A DNA stretch of 64,000 nt from a virus (Duplodnaviria; Caudoviricetes), in the IMG/VR virus record IMGVR_UViG_3300032219_002522, positions 51,840-115,839 of that record; one strand, written 5' to 3'. Made by a program: the position numbers and the translations under genes. Within the stretch, counting starts at the first letter, position 1; every line of letters starts with the position of its first letter. Below the pieces are notes generated by a model. That model ran no database searches. It was not told where the DNA came from and worked only from the letters and a program-made list of their open reading frames with translations. Positions 37,341 to 46,223 of the stretch are shown here, piece after piece.

Positions 37341-37565
37341 GTGAATCAGAGAAGAAAAAGAATAGCTTCATTTTGTTTAGTTTTAGCAACTTTCTTCAAT
37401 CCCTTCGGATTCGATATCCTTTTTGCAACGATAATGAAATGGACAAATTCCTACTGGCATACAGTAGCAATTTTTTACTTCCTATCGGGACTTTTCTTTG
37501 GTTTTTATTTCTTTTTGTCATCTAATAAGAAACTAAAGTCCAAAGAAAAAGTAAAAGAGATATAA
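37341..37565 (+). CDS. Small two-TM membrane protein
   Basis: Hydrophobic FFNPFGFD...YWHT... segments and a basic tail; GTG start. Confidence 0.55.
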   Translation: MNQRRKRIASFCLVLATFFNPFGFDILFATIMKWTNSYWHTVAIFYFLSGLFFGFYFFLSSNKKLKSKEKVKEI

Positions 37566-37573
37566 GAAATAGT

Positions 37574-38611
37574 ATGGAACAAAATACAAACGACGAATTA
37601 CTAAATCACCTTAGTAGAAAAGAATCGGAATCTAAATTCCAATACGACCAAGATTCAGATGTTGGATCATATACAATACCTGAATGGATCGACAGAGAAT
37701 CTAATCAACAACAAAATCCACAACCGGTTCAAAATCAATCAAATAACCTAGGGAAAGTAAATGTTACTAGAACTCCTATGGGAATGGAGAATGATTGGAA
37801 AAATATACCAGTTGGTAATCTTCCATCAAAAGGATTCGGATATCCTGAAGGATTTGAAATTGCTATTAAAGCATCTGGAGTTAAAGAGATTAGACAATTT
37901 TCCACTGTAGATGAAGATGATAGAATAGATCTTGATGACAAGTTAAATACCATTATATCAAAGTGTATGAAGATAAGATGGAATGGAGGATTTCTAGAGC
38001 CATACGATCTTTGGTACGAGGACAGGTTTTATATTATAATGTGTATTAGAGATATGACCTTTTTAAGGGGAGAAAATAAAATCATGCTTCCAGTAACAAA
38101 AAATTGTACAAAGCCTGATTGTGAAGTTCCTGATATGATAGAGCTAAGATCTAATCTACTTGATAGTTTTGTTGTAGATCAAGATATACTTAAGAGATAT
38201 AGTAATGAGAGTTATTCATTTAAATTTATACCAAAAGATGGAAGCCCTGAAATGGATCTTTACATTCCCACTGTAGGAGTTACAACTATCTGTAGAAAGA
38301 TCTTATCCGAAAAAAGAAGAAAAGGTAAAACATTTGACGAAAGCTTTGCTAAAGTTGCATCTTTTATAATACCTGATTGGAGAGGACTCGATGAATCTGT
38401 ATATGATCAATACGAGAGAGCTGCTGAAGAATGGTCACCACTGCAATTCTCTATTGCAGATCAAATAACAGAGAAGATAAACTTTGCTACAAAATCAAGA
38501 ATCAATAGTAAATGTGAAAGCTGTGATGGGGAGGTCACAGCAGAGATTTCCTTTCCCGGAGGGTACAGATCTCTTTTCGTTATTTCAGATATCTTTAGCC
38601 AACTACTTTGA
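37574..38611 (+). CDS. Baseplate hub / tail assembly protein (gp26-like)
   Basis: LPSKG.GYP, DRFYIIMCIR, CxxxxC and CESC motifs. Confidence 0.65.
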   Translation: MEQNTNDELLNHLSRKESESKFQYDQDSDVGSYTIPEWIDRESNQQQNPQPVQNQSNNLGKVNVTRTPMGMENDWKNIPVGNLPSKGFGYPEGFEIAIKASGVKEIRQFSTVDEDDRIDLDDKLNTIISKCMKIRWNGGFLEPYDLWYEDRFYIIMCIRDMTFLRGENKIMLPVTKNCTKPDCEVPDMIELRSNLLDSFVVDQDILKRYSNESYSFKFIPKDGSPEMDLYIPTVGVTTICRKILSEKRRKGKTFDESFAKVASFIIPDWRGLDESVYDQYERAAEEWSPLQFSIADQITEKINFATKSRINSKCESCDGEVTAEISFPGGYRSLFVISDIFSQLL

Positions 38612-38789
38612 TATTAAATTTAGACTATGGGAAGAATTTAAATTGTCTATAGACCATTTAGAAGAATTACCTTTCTACGAATATCAATTGTTTATAGATA
38701 AGCTTAACGAAAGAATAGAAAGAGAAAATAAGAAAAACGAGCAAGGCGAATTAGTAGAAGCATTTGCATTTTCAAAGCCAAAAAGATAA
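38526..38789 (+). CDS. gp51-like baseplate-hub assembly/chaperone tail; start uncertain, may be reached by frameshift
   Basis: SLANYFDIKFRL...SIDHLEELPFYEYQLFIDKL resembles T4-like gp51-type small proteins; overlaps the gp26-like 3' end in the +1 frame. Confidence 0.6.
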   Translation: MGRSQQRFPFPEGTDLFSLFQISLANYFDIKFRLWEEFKLSIDHLEELPFYEYQLFIDKLNERIERENKKNEQGELVEAFAFSKPKR

Positions 38790-38803
38790 CTTTTTGGCTT
38801 TTT
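38774..38803 (+). terminator. Intrinsic terminator
   Basis: AAAGCCAAAAAG-ATAA-CTTTTTGGCTTTTT. Confidence 0.75.
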
Positions 38804-38825
38804 AGGTATATAAATAAAAACAATT

Positions 38826-40607
38826 TTGGCAGAAGAAACTGGAACATCAGGAGCAGCAGGATCGGAATTTCCGGTTTTCAAATCATCCGAAGGAGCTTTC
38901 GATAGAGCAAAGTACGAGGAGCAAGATAAGGCAAGGATAGAATCAGATGGAATAACTGCGCGTTCTACTGGAAAAGAAATAGACGAGGATCTAGTAAAGA
39001 AAAAAAAATCAGCGGATCAAGTTATAAAAGAAGCTAATAAATTTTACGACGATTCATTTCAAAAAAACGTAAAAGGATTAGATCCTGCTTATGATCCAAG
39101 CCTTATCTATTATTCAGAAGCTTATTCAGATGGAGGATCAAATAAAAACAAAATACGAAGGAAATTAGAAAAAGGAGAAACTATAGACGGCAAGGAGATT
39201 TTTGAAATGTCTAAGCAAGCTGCCGAAAATAAAATAAGTAATGCCAAGGTTCTTAAAGATGGTAGAGTTACTGATATAGTAGAAAATTTAGGCTTAAAAG
39301 ATGTAAAGCAATTTGATTTATTTGAGGATGTAAAAAGTGATTTTGATAGTAAGATAAAGGACGAAAAAATTAAATTTGAGCCACTTCTTGATAATTTTGC
39401 TAAGGTGCTAGACTATTTTAGTGTTAAGGATTCATTTATGGCTAGTCAATATGCTCCTATTTTATATACTCCTGAAAATATGGCTATAATTTCTGCTTTA
39501 GGAAAAGTTCTAGAAGCTGAAGGATTTACCAATGAGAGTGTTACTAAAATGGCAAAAGCATATGATGATAACATAAAAAAGCTAATAGAAAAAAAAGAAG
39601 GAAAAAAAGCGGAGGATGTAATAAAAGAAGCTGCTCAAGAAGCTAAAAAAGGAGAGACCACTACTAAAACCGAAGAACAAAAGCTGGAAGAAAAGAAAGC
39701 GGAGGACCTAAAAAAAGAGCCAATAGCTGAAAATAAAGATATTAAATTAGACCAGCCTAAAGAAGCTACTACAACTACAACTACCACTACCACTACTATA
39801 CCAACAGCCGAAGAACCTAAAAAAACTGAGGAAAAAAAAGAACCCGAAGTTAAAACAGCAGAACAAAAACTAGACGAGAAAAAACCAGAGGAAAAGAAAG
39901 AAGCTACTGGAACTGTAGAAGGGAAAAAAGACGAGGGGGAAAAAGGTAAGGGTAAAGAAAAAGAGCCTGTATTCAGTGAGCCAGTAAAAGGTATATTTGA
40001 TATGCTAGGAATAAAGCTTCCTGCTGCTAAGGAGGGCGAAGGTGATAAAGGGGAAGGTGATGAGGACAAAGGAAAAAATAAAGGATTAACCACCGGTAGT
40101 GCGCAAGGAGATAAAACTATAGAGGAGCTCGGTTTTGCTAAACCAAAAGAAGGTGAATCTGGAGGGGATAAGGGTAAAAAAGATAATAAATCTACGACTG
40201 ACAATAAAGCAACCAAATTAGATGAGAAAGTTTCAACAAATACCGATAAAAAATCTGAAACTTCTACCGCTTCTACGCCTATAAAAGAAACACAAACACA
40301 AAATTTATCTAGTGTAAGTACACCGGATACTGATAAAAAAGATGTTAAGAAAGAGGAGCCAGCGACAACTACAGCGACAACTACAGAAAATCAAACTGTA
40401 GATAAAAATGCTGGTGTTTCAAATGACGTGAAAACAACATCAGAAGCTCCAAAAGAAACTGAAGATAAAACAAAAAAAGAGGATCAAGATAAAATGAACA
40501 AAGAGATGAGCGACAATATGAAATCTATGGTAGCATTACTAGCTCAGCTAAATAACACGTTAAAAAATCCTCTTATGGTTATCCCTAACAATAAAAAATT
40601 CCATTAA
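38826..40607 (+). CDS. Low-complexity Lys/Glu/Thr-rich structural-region protein (TTG start)
   Basis: 593-aa ORF with poly-Thr and repeated KTxEQKLxEKK. Confidence 0.75.
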   Translation: MAEETGTSGAAGSEFPVFKSSEGAFDRAKYEEQDKARIESDGITARSTGKEIDEDLVKKKKSADQVIKEANKFYDDSFQKNVKGLDPAYDPSLIYYSEAYSDGGSNKNKIRRKLEKGETIDGKEIFEMSKQAAENKISNAKVLKDGRVTDIVENLGLKDVKQFDLFEDVKSDFDSKIKDEKIKFEPLLDNFAKVLDYFSVKDSFMASQYAPILYTPENMAIISALGKVLEAEGFTNESVTKMAKAYDDNIKKLIEKKEGKKAEDVIKEAAQEAKKGETTTKTEEQKLEEKKAEDLKKEPIAENKDIKLDQPKEATTTTTTTTTTIPTAEEPKKTEEKKEPEVKTAEQKLDEKKPEEKKEATGTVEGKKDEGEKGKGKEKEPVFSEPVKGIFDMLGIKLPAAKEGEGDKGEGDEDKGKNKGLTTGSAQGDKTIEELGFAKPKEGESGGDKGKKDNKSTTDNKATKLDEKVSTNTDKKSETSTASTPIKETQTQNLSSVSTPDTDKKDVKKEEPATTTATTTENQTVDKNAGVSNDVKTTSEAPKETEDKTKKEDQDKMNKEMSDNMKSMVALLAQLNNTLKNPLMVIPNNKKFH

Positions 40608-40668
40608 GAGGTTTACTTTTTAATATGGATTTATTATATTTGTACAAAATAAACCTAAATAATAAATT

Positions 40669-40944
40669 ATGAGTAACAATTATGAAATTACCAAAGAGCT
40701 CAGAGCCACATTGGTTGAGTTCTTAAATGCCTACGGAGGCTACAAAGAATGTTTGGAAAATTTGGAAAATGAGGAAAAAACTGAATTCACCGAGGAAGAA
40801 ATTAATCAAATCCTGAATCTTCTTGGAATATTTAGACTTATGGACACTTTCCATATGGTAGAAAGATTTAAAATAGAAGTTACACCTCTAAAATCCCAGG
40901 AGACTGATGATCAATCAGAACCTACCGCAGCACAAGCAGGATAA
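40669..40944 (+). CDS. Hypothetical protein
   Basis: ORF track; TATATTTG host-type promoter at 40635-40642. Confidence 0.7.
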   Translation: MSNNYEITKELRATLVEFLNAYGGYKECLENLENEEKTEFTEEEINQILNLLGIFRLMDTFHMVERFKIEVTPLKSQETDDQSEPTAAQAG

Positions 40945-41344
40945 GATCGATACACTCTATTTAAGAATGGCCAATGTTTGGTCAGAAAACTCCCACTGTA
41001 ATAGAAATAAAGTAGGTTGCTTAATCGTAAAGGATCGTCAAATAATATCTGACGGATATAACGGAACGCCATCTGGATTTTCTAATAATTGTGAGGACTG
41101 CAATAATAACACACTTCCGACTGTGTTACATGCAGAAGCCAACGCCATAACTAAAATAGCTAAGAGTACGAATAGTGCAGAGTGTTCTACCCTCTATGTC
41201 ACTCTGTCTCCTTGTTTTGATTGCGCTAAGTTAATCATACAAGCAGGAATTAAAAGAATTGTTTATTCTGAAACTTACAGAAATACAGATTCTTTTAAAC
41301 TTTTCGAGGAAGCAGGAATAGAAATTAAAAAAATAAGCATTTAA
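40907..41344 (+). CDS. dCMP deaminase
   Basis: VGCLIV, GYNG, HAEANAI, TLSPCFDC, QAGIKRIVY. Confidence 0.93.
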   Translation: MINQNLPQHKQDKIDTLYLRMANVWSENSHCNRNKVGCLIVKDRQIISDGYNGTPSGFSNNCEDCNNNTLPTVLHAEANAITKIAKSTNSAECSTLYVTLSPCFDCAKLIIQAGIKRIVYSETYRNTDSFKLFEEAGIEIKKISI

Positions 41345-41361
41345 AAAAATAATAAGGGATT

Positions 41362-41991
41362 ATGGCAGTAAAGAACATACAGGAATTGGCAGAAAGTTTT
41401 ATGAGATCATCTTCGGAGAAAGACTTTGTCGAATTATATAAAAGAATTAAACCGGGACTATTAAATCATTGTAAATCTATATTGATTGAGCAGGATGCAG
41501 CAGAGGATGCAGTTTCAAATACAATGGCTAAAATATGGACCAAGATTTCACAATACGATTCTTCAAGAGGTAATTTTTCTACGTGGGTATACAACATTGC
41601 TAGAAATGAATCACTAGGAATTAAAAAGAACGAGGATAGATATTTACCAATGATACACGAGGTGGTAAGGAGTAATGACGAATCGGACGATTCGGTTTCG
41701 GTATATCCATCAATAAGTTCTTCAGCACCAACTCTAGAAACAGAGTTTGATTATATAGGAAGTGGGAATGATGAGATGGAAGATCTATACGATAATGTTA
41801 TAGAGAAAATGAAAGAACTTCCAGAAATTTACAAAGATATTCTTTTTGATAGAGAAATATTAAGAATGAAATATCAAGAGATTGCCGATAAATACGGAAT
41901 GAAAAAAAGAGCTATTGCAACAAGAATTAGAAGAGCAAGATTAAAAGTTAGGGAGATGTTTCCTGGTGTTAATTTGACTTTTAACGATTGA
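41362..41991 (+). CDS. Sigma-70 ECF-type RNA polymerase sigma factor
   Basis: AEDAVS, FSTWVYNIARN (region 2), YQEIADKYG...TRIRRAR (region 4). Confidence 0.9.
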   Translation: MAVKNIQELAESFMRSSSEKDFVELYKRIKPGLLNHCKSILIEQDAAEDAVSNTMAKIWTKISQYDSSRGNFSTWVYNIARNESLGIKKNEDRYLPMIHEVVRSNDESDDSVSVYPSISSSAPTLETEFDYIGSGNDEMEDLYDNVIEKMKELPEIYKDILFDREILRMKYQEIADKYGMKKRAIATRIRRARLKVREMFPGVNLTFND

Positions 41992-42025
41992 TTGTAACTT
42001 TTACTAATAGATAAATATAATTGAT

Positions 42026-42487
42026 ATGAATTATCCTTTTAAAAGAGTTATAACGGACATTAGGAACTATTTCTTTTTAAGAAGAACTATAAAGAAAAAT
42101 ACAGGATCTATTGAATGGGAAAGATTCAAGCTTAGAGTAGATTGGATAGGAAGAATATACACAGTAGTTAATCTTCCGCCAGAGGTTATTTACTCCCCAG
42201 ATTCACCGGAAGAGATTAGACCTGCATACATTTTAGAGGAATCAAGGCCTCTTAATGAGTATTTAACTTCCTTAAATTTACAGGAGGTAATAATGCCTAA
42301 GATTTCTCCTATTCCTAATTCTGTTTCTTATCTAATAGTCTACAGCCCTTATTTTCAGAGATTGTCTATAAGATGGATAATCTACAGAATTATACTTATT
42401 CTTATCTTAATCTGGCTCCAATATAAATTTGGATTAGTAAGTTGGATTTTAGGAGGGTTTAAATATTTATGGAATGTTATCTTCTGA
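42026..42487 (+). CDS. Hypothetical protein with C-terminal TM segment
   Basis: LRVDWIGRIYTVVNLP; hydrophobic C-terminus. Confidence 0.7.
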   Translation: MNYPFKRVITDIRNYFFLRRTIKKNTGSIEWERFKLRVDWIGRIYTVVNLPPEVIYSPDSPEEIRPAYILEESRPLNEYLTSLNLQEVIMPKISPIPNSVSYLIVYSPYFQRLSIRWIIYRIILILILIWLQYKFGLVSWILGGFKYLWNVIF

Positions 42488-43229
42488 TATACAAATAAAT
42501 CGTCAAGCTTTCCCTTGGGGTAGAGCTTATGTAGTAGAAGGAGCTGGTAAAGCTCCTTTAATTTTACCCTCAGTTACCACTATACTAAAACTAGTAAAGA
42601 ACGAGAAGTATGAAAAATTAAGGGAACAGTTTGGTGAGGATAGATGGAATAAAATATTACACGACGCAGCAGAGAGAGGAACAGTAATGCACAGAATGCT
42701 GGAATTATTTCTTCTTGAGTGGGCTAAAGAAAAAGACGTTGATAGATCATTAAAAAAAGCACAGATATTTGCTATAGAGGAGTCAAGAAGAGATGATGGT
42801 AAATATGCTAAATACGTAAATAAGGGAAGGGATCTTTTCTGGAATTTTTATCATACTAATTTCTGGGAAAATATAGAAGAGGTAGTAGACAACGAGGCTT
42901 TCTTATACACAACATTTAAAGGAGGATGGGCAGGAGCATGTGATTTTGTTTATAGGGACAAAGCATACAATTTAATAGTTGACGACTTTAAATCATCAAC
43001 ATCTCCAAAAGATGAAGATGATATATTGAGCTATAAACTTCAGATATCAGCATATATGTTTATGTGTGCAGAAAAATATGGAGAGGTACCAAAACAAGGA
43101 AGAATAACAATAGCAAATGAACAAACATCAGATATACAAACTTTCATAGTACACGACTACGAATTAAAAGATTATCTGGGTCAATTTATAGATTTTGCTA
43201 AAAAATTCAGAGAAATTCACGGGATATAG
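42474..43229 (+). CDS. PD-(D/E)xK Cas4/RecB-like exonuclease
   Basis: PSVTTIL, RGTVMH, E...AGACD...DFKSS, QISAY. Confidence 0.85.
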   Translation: MLSSDIQINRQAFPWGRAYVVEGAGKAPLILPSVTTILKLVKNEKYEKLREQFGEDRWNKILHDAAERGTVMHRMLELFLLEWAKEKDVDRSLKKAQIFAIEESRRDDGKYAKYVNKGRDLFWNFYHTNFWENIEEVVDNEAFLYTTFKGGWAGACDFVYRDKAYNLIVDDFKSSTSPKDEDDILSYKLQISAYMFMCAEKYGEVPKQGRITIANEQTSDIQTFIVHDYELKDYLGQFIDFAKKFREIHGI

Positions 43230-43271
43230 GAAACTTAATAATATTTAATCACTATAAAAATAAAAAATAAA

Positions 43272-43769
43272 ATGTCAATGAAAGAATCAGAAGCTGTATT
43301 AGAAGCTCAAAACGAAGCTCAACTAGAGAAATTTATTAGCAACGTAGATACTGAAAAAGTAAAATCTATCAAAGAGGATCTTGAAAATTATAAAGCAAGT
43401 CTTAAAAATAAAGAATATGCTGTATCTATGTCAGATCCACTCCTACACAGATTTGATGTATACATGAATGAAGAAGTTCAGTGGAGATCTAAAGAAGCAC
43501 TAGGAGTTAAAGAAATCATAAAAAGAATAGACGAAGTAAAGTCCGAAGGAATTAAGGACGGCGTTGTTTATTTTACTAATTTAGAAGTTGAGGCTTCTCA
43601 CTACTTCATATTAAAAATGGAGGGTAAAGGAAAAGACGAAATCGATTCTTTTGTATCTCTTTGGAAAACTTTCGAAGAGACATTATCTTTGATTCAGCAA
43701 GATAATCTAGTAGTTAAAGATCTAGAGCAACAGCTTGCTGCTGCAGAACAAGGTATTGAATTAGAATAA
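43272..43769 (+). CDS. Hypothetical protein
   Basis: ORF track. Confidence 0.75.
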   Translation: MSMKESEAVLEAQNEAQLEKFISNVDTEKVKSIKEDLENYKASLKNKEYAVSMSDPLLHRFDVYMNEEVQWRSKEALGVKEIIKRIDEVKSEGIKDGVVYFTNLEVEASHYFILKMEGKGKDEIDSFVSLWKTFEETLSLIQQDNLVVKDLEQQLAAAEQGIELE

Positions 43770-43793
43770 TATCTACTATAAAATAAATATAAT

Positions 43794-43823
43794 AAAAGAC
43801 TGGTATTAATACCAGTCTTTTTT
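43794..43823 (+). terminator. Intrinsic terminator
   Basis: AAAAGACTGGTA-TTAA-TACCAGTCTTTTTT. Confidence 0.85.
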
Positions 43824-43841
43824 GTGGATATATACTTAAGT

Positions 43842-45101
43842 ATGAAAAACAAATTATTGCCATGGATAATTGCTCTATCAGCATTATCAGTTTCAGGATC
43901 AGCTGCTTTTTATTCAGTATCGGGATTGGGTAAAATGTTTGCAGGAGCTTCTTTGCAGGTTATGATACTTGCGGGAAGTTTAGAATTTGCTAAACTAGTT
44001 ACAGCATCTCTTTTGCATCAATATTGGAAAAAGCTTAATCTTGGATTAAAGATATACCTTTCTATAGCAACACTAATACTAATAATCATAACTTCCGCAG
44101 GAATATATGGATTTTTATCATCTGCTTATCAGGAAACATCTTTTAAAGTACAAAACCAGGATAAGAATATAGAAATATTGGATAAAAATATATCTATAAT
44201 AAAAACAGAAATATCTAATTTCGAATCTCAGATAAAACAAAAGAATGATAGGTTAGGACAATTAACAACATTAAGAACAAATCTACAATCAACACAAGAT
44301 GTTCTTATAGAAAAGTCTAAATCAACAAATGCTGTTAGACAGCAGATAAAAGATGTGGATTCTGAAATAAAAAGAATGGATTCAGAAGTATCAGTTTTAA
44401 ATGATTCTATATCATCAAAAAATACAAGGATATCTTCTATAGAGCAGCAAAAATTAGGGGTTTCTTCTAATGCAGATCTTGCTAAGGAAGTTGGGCCTTT
44501 AAAATACATTGCAAAACTCACGGGGAGTAATATAGACAGTGTTGTTAACTGGTATATCATAGTTTTAATGTTTGTTTTTGATCCACTAGCTATTGCACTA
44601 GTAATAGCGGCAAACTTTGCATTTGAAATGAATAATAATGAAAATAAAAAAGAGGAAGAAAAAGTGAAAAAAAAAGAAAATAAAATAAAAAAATTCTGGA
44701 AAAATATAATATCTAGAAAAAATAAATATTCAGATTCTAATAATGAAGAACCTATTGAAATTAATAACGTCGAGGAAGAAAAAATTGCTATAAAAGCAGA
44801 TTTAAATAACGTTGAAGAAATTAACGAGATAATTCCAGATATTATCGAAATGGAAGAAGAGCCATTAGATGATCAAATTAATGAGATTGTAGGGACTGAA
44901 ATAAAAAATGATACATTAGAAGATTCTAAAAAAGAGGAGAATAAAGACGAGGATCCGGATAAATATATTAATAATCCAGCTCAACAAAATAAAGTTAAAA
45001 GTGTAAGGGATAAATTCAGAGGAAATCCGGACATTAAAAGCTCTAGAGAAGGACTTAGAAATAATAACGCGGGGGGTCAAAATCCCTTAACTTTAAGATG
45101 A
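43842..45101 (+). CDS. Membrane protein with coiled-coil (conserved type in T4-like large phages)
   Basis: TMs with AAFYSVSGL, LEFAKLV, TSAGIYGFLS; EVGPLKY; FDPLAI. Confidence 0.75.
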   Translation: MKNKLLPWIIALSALSVSGSAAFYSVSGLGKMFAGASLQVMILAGSLEFAKLVTASLLHQYWKKLNLGLKIYLSIATLILIIITSAGIYGFLSSAYQETSFKVQNQDKNIEILDKNISIIKTEISNFESQIKQKNDRLGQLTTLRTNLQSTQDVLIEKSKSTNAVRQQIKDVDSEIKRMDSEVSVLNDSISSKNTRISSIEQQKLGVSSNADLAKEVGPLKYIAKLTGSNIDSVVNWYIIVLMFVFDPLAIALVIAANFAFEMNNNENKKEEEKVKKKENKIKKFWKNIISRKNKYSDSNNEEPIEINNVEEEKIAIKADLNNVEEINEIIPDIIEMEEEPLDDQINEIVGTEIKNDTLEDSKKEENKDEDPDKYINNPAQQNKVKSVRDKFRGNPDIKSSREGLRNNNAGGQNPLTLR

Positions 45102-45682
45102 TTGGAAAAGTTTATACAACAGATCAAAGGTACGTAGAGCACTTAGATTGTAATCCTGGTGTTTATCGAAGAGTTTATTTTCAAAGTTGTAACTTAGACA
45201 TAAAAGAGGGATCTAATATATTATCGAGTGTTTCACTGTGTGACTTTAAGCTTGAATCGTTAGGAAACTCCGAATTAGGTGGATGTGGAGGATCTCTTAA
45301 AAGAAATATAACATTATCCCCCTCTGGTACATATACACTTACAGCTCCCGAGGTTGGACAAGCACAAGGTGAAGTTCAGATGATAGTTGTCAAGGTTAAA
45401 TATGAAAAAAACCACCCAACAGAAGAAAGATATCTTAACTGGGAGTACAAAGGGTCAATTTATCCTATACACACATTAATGATTTTAACAGGAAGGACAG
45501 AGCCTGATATTCCTTGGCAAGGATGGGATCTTAACTATTATTCAAATAACCCGCCAACTCCTGAATTTAGCCCACAGCCTTATCCAGTAATTGCATCACC
45601 TAATTTATCATTTGGGGGTATATTGTTCAGCAATCCTAGTGATACATATAGTGCTGAACTAGAAATATTTGTTTTTAACTAA
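45098..45682 (+). CDS. Hypothetical structural protein, paralogue A
   Basis: Shares FQxCNL, SLCD, ILTG, GWDL and GGxLxxNP with the next gene. Confidence 0.75.
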   Translation: MIGKVYTTDQRYVEHLDCNPGVYRRVYFQSCNLDIKEGSNILSSVSLCDFKLESLGNSELGGCGGSLKRNITLSPSGTYTLTAPEVGQAQGEVQMIVVKVKYEKNHPTEERYLNWEYKGSIYPIHTLMILTGRTEPDIPWQGWDLNYYSNNPPTPEFSPQPYPVIASPNLSFGGILFSNPSDTYSAELEIFVFN

Positions 45683-46170
45683 TGGCTACACCACCTCTAG
45701 TATGTAATACTATACAATTTGAAGGAGCAATATTCCAAAGATGTAATCTTCAAGTAATAAGCGGGACTACAGTTCTAAGAGAAATAAGTCTGTGTGACAC
45801 TAATATAGTATTAAATAATTACTCAAGCTTTAGTGGATGTGTCTATGGTAATTCAAGTCTTATACTAAATTCTGAAGGATTAGGTGAATTATGCTTTATA
45901 ATGATCAAAGCAACCTATCCCTCAGTTTTACCAGTTTCTAGTAGATTTATAAATATACTATACAATGGTGCATATATGCCAATGGCAAACCTAACTATTT
46001 TAACAGGTAATCCATCAGATATATCACCATATATGGATAATCGGGGATGGGATTTAGATCCTAATGGTAGCGATATAGAATCTCCTTTCTTTTCTCAAGG
46101 AGGGATGTTATTATACAATCCTCACTCAGTTAGAGTAAACATCGATGTTATTTTAGGAGGTAACATCTAA
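45682..46170 (+). CDS. Hypothetical structural protein, paralogue B
   Basis: TAATG coupling; paralogue of the upstream gene. Confidence 0.75.
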   Translation: MATPPLVCNTIQFEGAIFQRCNLQVISGTTVLREISLCDTNIVLNNYSSFSGCVYGNSSLILNSEGLGELCFIMIKATYPSVLPVSSRFINILYNGAYMPMANLTILTGNPSDISPYMDNRGWDLDPNGSDIESPFFSQGGMLLYNPHSVRVNIDVILGGNI

Positions 46171-46223
46171 CACGTATAAAAACTTTAAGAAAGTAAGATA
46201 TATACTAAAAAAGCGAATAACAA

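Noticed and set aside
39635-40216. 193-aa antisense hydrophobic ORF and other short antisense track ORFs
   Set aside because: Reverse-strand shadows of well-supported genes, with no start context.
42474-43229. Cas4 as evidence of a CRISPR-Cas system
   Set aside because: No other cas genes or array; stand-alone exonuclease typical of T4-like phages.
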